Made by a program: the position numbers and the translations under genes | Assembly: GCA_003135555.1 (NCBI GenBank) | Contig: PLCF01000027.1 | Coordinates: 6,116 to 70,115 of the forward strand | DNA from: Vulcanimicrobiota bacterium | GTDB lineage: Bacteria > Vulcanimicrobiota > Vulcanimicrobiia > Vulcanimicrobiales > Vulcanimicrobiaceae | Reading direction: 5' to 3' | Length of the DNA: 64,000 bases | Notes under the pieces: generated by a model | Told to the model about the DNA's origin: nothing | Database searches by the model: none | What the model saw: the letters and a program-made list of their open reading frames with translations, nothing else | Shown: in pieces, positions 61,250 to 64,000 of the stretch | How positions within the stretch are numbered: position 1 is the stretch's first letter | How the letters are laid out: the number at the start of each line of letters is the position of its first letter

Positions 61250-62212
61250 ATGAAAGCACGATATCTCGCCGTACTCACTGCTACGATCGCGCTGGCCGCG
61301 TGTGGCGGCGGCGGTGGCACGGCGCCTTCCAGCCCGGTCGCGCCGGCGGCGACTCCCACCCCTCCGCCGCCCGGTGTTGGGACCATTCCGATGACGATCT
61401 CGATTCCGCTCCGAACGACGTCCGCGTCGGCGCGCAGTCCGCGCTTCTTCTCGCCGGGCGCGGGTTCGCTCACGATCTACGACGGGTCGACGCTGATCTA
61501 CGTCGCGAACCTCGCCCTGGACAGCACTCCGGCGTTCACGACCGTCTACGCGAAGGCCGGCGGCACGAGCGTCGCTTTCGGCTCGTGCACGTTCACCAGC
61601 AGCGAAGCCACCTGCACGCTGACCCTCACGGCGACGACCGGCGCGCATAACTTCGACATCCTCGTCTATCCCGGGTCGCAGCCGGCCGGGTCGCCGCCGG
61701 CGATCACCGGCGTCATCTCGTCGGAGGGCGAGCTCTCCGTCACCCTCAACCTCGGCACCAATACCGGGCAGACGATGACGCTGCTCGGAGTCGCCGACAA
61801 GCTCATCATCGCCGGACCGGCGACCGGTCCATTCAATCAAGCAACCCAGTTCGGGTATCGGATCAACGACTCGACGAACTCGCAGATCGTACTGCCGGGC
61901 AGTGCCTACGACAACGGTCCGATCACGATCACGGCTGCTCCCGCCGGCATCGTGACGATCGCACCGAACTCGATCGCTACGCCGCCGGCGTCCGTGGGAG
62001 ACCAGAACTTCAATGTCACGTGCGTGAACTCGAACGGCGGAGCCGTGACGATCTCGGTCAACGCGCTGACGAGCCCGACGACCAGCTACGCGTCCGGACT
62101 CACCTACTCGACCAGCAACTATTCCGCGGCGACGATCGGCACGGCGCCGTTTACCTGCAACCCGAGCACCGCCACCATTCCGATCACGGTCAATTCGAGG
62201 AAGCGCACGTGA
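61250..62212 (+). CDS. Beta-sandwich lipoprotein, cluster-2 paralog 2
   Basis: Lipobox LAAC-GGGGG; 'ARSPRFFSPG'; same internal motifs. Confidence 0.8.
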   Translation: MKARYLAVLTATIALAACGGGGGTAPSSPVAPAATPTPPPPGVGTIPMTISIPLRTTSASARSPRFFSPGAGSLTIYDGSTLIYVANLALDSTPAFTTVYAKAGGTSVAFGSCTFTSSEATCTLTLTATTGAHNFDILVYPGSQPAGSPPAITGVISSEGELSVTLNLGTNTGQTMTLLGVADKLIIAGPATGPFNQATQFGYRINDSTNSQIVLPGSAYDNGPITITAAPAGIVTIAPNSIATPPASVGDQNFNVTCVNSNGGAVTISVNALTSPTTSYASGLTYSTSNYSAATIGTAPFTCNPSTATIPITVNSRKRT

Positions 62213-63153
62213 ACACCGCACGAATCGTGACTCTGGCCCTGACGCTCGCAGCAGCCGGCTGTGGGGGCGGCGGCACCACCGCGCCGTCCGTACCAGGGGC
62301 GACGGACGCACCGACGGCGACGATGTCGCTGGCCATTTCGATTCCGCAACGGACGGCGACGAGCGCCTCCGCCCGGACGCCGCGCTACGTCTCCGACGGA
62401 ACGATGGCGCTCGCGGTCTACGACGGGGCGACGCTGCTCTACGCCGGCAACCTCTTTCTCGGAACCACGCCGGCGTTCAGTACGCTCTTTGCGAAATCCG
62501 GCAGCACGACCGTCACCCCCGGCGACTGCGTCAAAGGATCGTTGTCGTCGACCTGCACGCTTACGGTCACCACGACCCCCGGACCGCATACCTTCGGCCT
62601 GACGGGGTACGCCGATCTTCAGGGCGGCGTGGTCTTGCCCGGAAGCACACAACGGACGGTGTCGGACACCGGTACGCCGCCGACGTTCACGGGCCTGATC
62701 GTCGAGGAAGGCGAGTTGTCGATGACGGCCGTCGGCGGGACCAATCCGCCGCAGACGATCACGCTGCTCGGCGTCGCCGACATCACGCAGTGGTTCGGCC
62801 CACAGACGGCCTCGTTCAACCAAACCGCGACCGTCGGCTACGAGGTCCAAGACGCGCGCTCGGGCCAGATCGTCTTACCGGGCAACGCCTACGACAACGG
62901 CCCCGTGACGATCACGGCCACGCCGAGCGGCATCCTCACGTTCACGCCGGTCTCGCAAAGCGTGCCGCCGGCGACGAACGGCTCGCAGACGTTCAACGTC
63001 ACCTGCAGCTCGGCAAACGGTGGACTCGTCACCTTCACGGCCAGCGCCGGAACCCACCCGAATGCGGCCTACGCGTCCGGGCTGACGTACTCGTCGAGCA
63101 ACTACTCCAATGGTACGCTCAGCACGAGGGGGTTCCGGTGCTTCGGGAGCTGA
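62209..63153 (+). CDS. Beta-sandwich lipoprotein, cluster-2 paralog 3 (lacks final strand)
   Basis: GTGA coupling; lipobox AAGC-GGGG; 'ARTPRYVSDGT'; ends FRCFGS*. Confidence 0.8.
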   Translation: MNTARIVTLALTLAAAGCGGGGTTAPSVPGATDAPTATMSLAISIPQRTATSASARTPRYVSDGTMALAVYDGATLLYAGNLFLGTTPAFSTLFAKSGSTTVTPGDCVKGSLSSTCTLTVTTTPGPHTFGLTGYADLQGGVVLPGSTQRTVSDTGTPPTFTGLIVEEGELSMTAVGGTNPPQTITLLGVADITQWFGPQTASFNQTATVGYEVQDARSGQIVLPGNAYDNGPVTITATPSGILTFTPVSQSVPPATNGSQTFNVTCSSANGGLVTFTASAGTHPNAAYASGLTYSSSNYSNGTLSTRGFRCFGS

Positions 63154-63191
63154 TCGCCAGACGGTAGTGCAAGCCGGCCTAGGCCTGCGGC

Positions 63192-64000
63192 ATGAAGAAG
63201 ACGATCTGGACCTGCTGGTTTCAGGGACGAGAAGCCGCGCCGCCGTTGGTCGAGAGATGCTTGAGCAGCTGGGAGCGGAATAATCCAGGCTGGGATTTCC
63301 GTTGCCTGGACGCGACTTCCATCGAACGGTACGTCCCCGTCAGGAAATACATCGACCTCGAGCGGCAGTCTTTGACCGCCGCTTCCTTGTCCGACATCGT
63401 GCGCATTCTTTTGTTGCACGAATTCGGCGGAGTGTGGGTCGACGCCACGCTGTTTTGCCATCGATCGCTGGATGACTGGCTACCCGGCATGATGGACGAG
63501 GGATTCTTTGCATTCTCTTCGCCGGCTCCGGATCGGCCGCTGTCATCCTGGTTCTTGAGTGCCGAACCCCGCAATGATCTCGTCTCGACCTGGTGCAGGC
63601 TCGTGACCGAGTACTGGGCAAACCGCGCCAGCTCGGACGACTACTTCTGGTTCCATCATCTTTTTCGCGACGCATGCGCGGCGGATCCCAGTACGGCGGA
63701 AGCATGGTCCCGAGTTCCGCGAGTCAGCGCCGACGGACCGCATGCATTGCAATTCAGCGGAACGATGGACTGGACCACGCCCGTTTTCAAGCTGACGCAC
63801 CGCCTGCCCGAAGCGGGGTCGAAGCCCGGGTGCATGCTAGAGTCTCTCCTGGCGCGCGACAGCAATGAGCATGGGGCGCCTGAGCTTGCGCCCCGAGCAG
63901 TGCCGGCACCGCGAGATTTCGCGGCGCCTAAACAGTTTGCGGCGCTGAAGGTCTCAACGGAGAATCTGGGCGACCATATCCAGATCATTGCCGGTTTGCG
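63192..64000 (+). CDS. Capsular polysaccharide synthesis (DxD glycosyltransferase) protein, apparently fused to a second domain; 3' truncated by window edge
   Basis: Translated by hand (absent from ORF track): 'IWTCWFQG...PPLVERCLSSW', 'SDIVR..LL..FGGVWVDAT', 'SSWFL', 'YFWFH', later 'ENLGDHIQ'. Confidence 0.85.
   Translation, partial: MKKTIWTCWFQGREAAPPLVERCLSSWERNNPGWDFRCLDATSIERYVPVRKYIDLERQSLTAASLSDIVRILLLHEFGGVWVDATLFCHRSLDDWLPGMMDEGFFAFSSPAPDRPLSSWFLSAEPRNDLVSTWCRLVTEYWANRASSDDYFWFHHLFRDACAADPSTAEAWSRVPRVSADGPHALQFSGTMDWTTPVFKLTHRLPEAGSKPGCMLESLLARDSNEHGAPELAPRAVPAPRDFAAPKQFAALKVSTENLGDHIQIIAGL

Overview
High-GC bacterial chromosomal segment. The gene style (Firmicutes-like cheC/cheY, gatCAB, mutS2, copper-amine-oxidase N-terminal domain proteins, many 'LAxC-GGGG' lipoproteins) suggests Ca. 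Eremiobacterota/Vulcanimicrobiota; this is inference only. The housekeeping backbone comprises a HAMP-array hybrid kinase plus CheR, an S9 peptidase, two HU paralogs, rnhA, tRNA-Pro(GGG), hslO, tyrS, mutS2, gatCAB (interrupted by a mazEF module), rlmD, a desaturase and flhA-PilZ-cheY-cheC-cheA-cheW. The most notable content is accessory. (i) A ~17 kb block between gatC and rlmD encodes paralogous Thr/Ser-rich lipoproteins, three tandem phage tail-collar proteins, a lipoprotein 'mini-collar', two S53 proteases and an Asp/Asn beta-hydroxylase / Nif11-like / sulfotransferase-like operon, with clear duplication and deletion scars. (ii) A second lipoprotein cluster (58.8-63.2 kb) lies behind a predicted beta-barrel protein. 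Six lipoproteins across the two clusters share an N-terminal strand plus an R-x-P-x-(Y/F)-x-(S/D) motif, and several end in a free beta-strand, suggesting (hypothesis) a lipoprotein-derived surface fibre analogous to Bacteroidota type V pili. Also seen: a degenerate copy of the tRNA-Pro 3' end, a REP-like repeat family and a five-fold Cys-loop repeat lipoprotein. No CRISPR array, rRNA, integrase or intact transposase was found. All functional calls come from motif recognition; no database searches were run.
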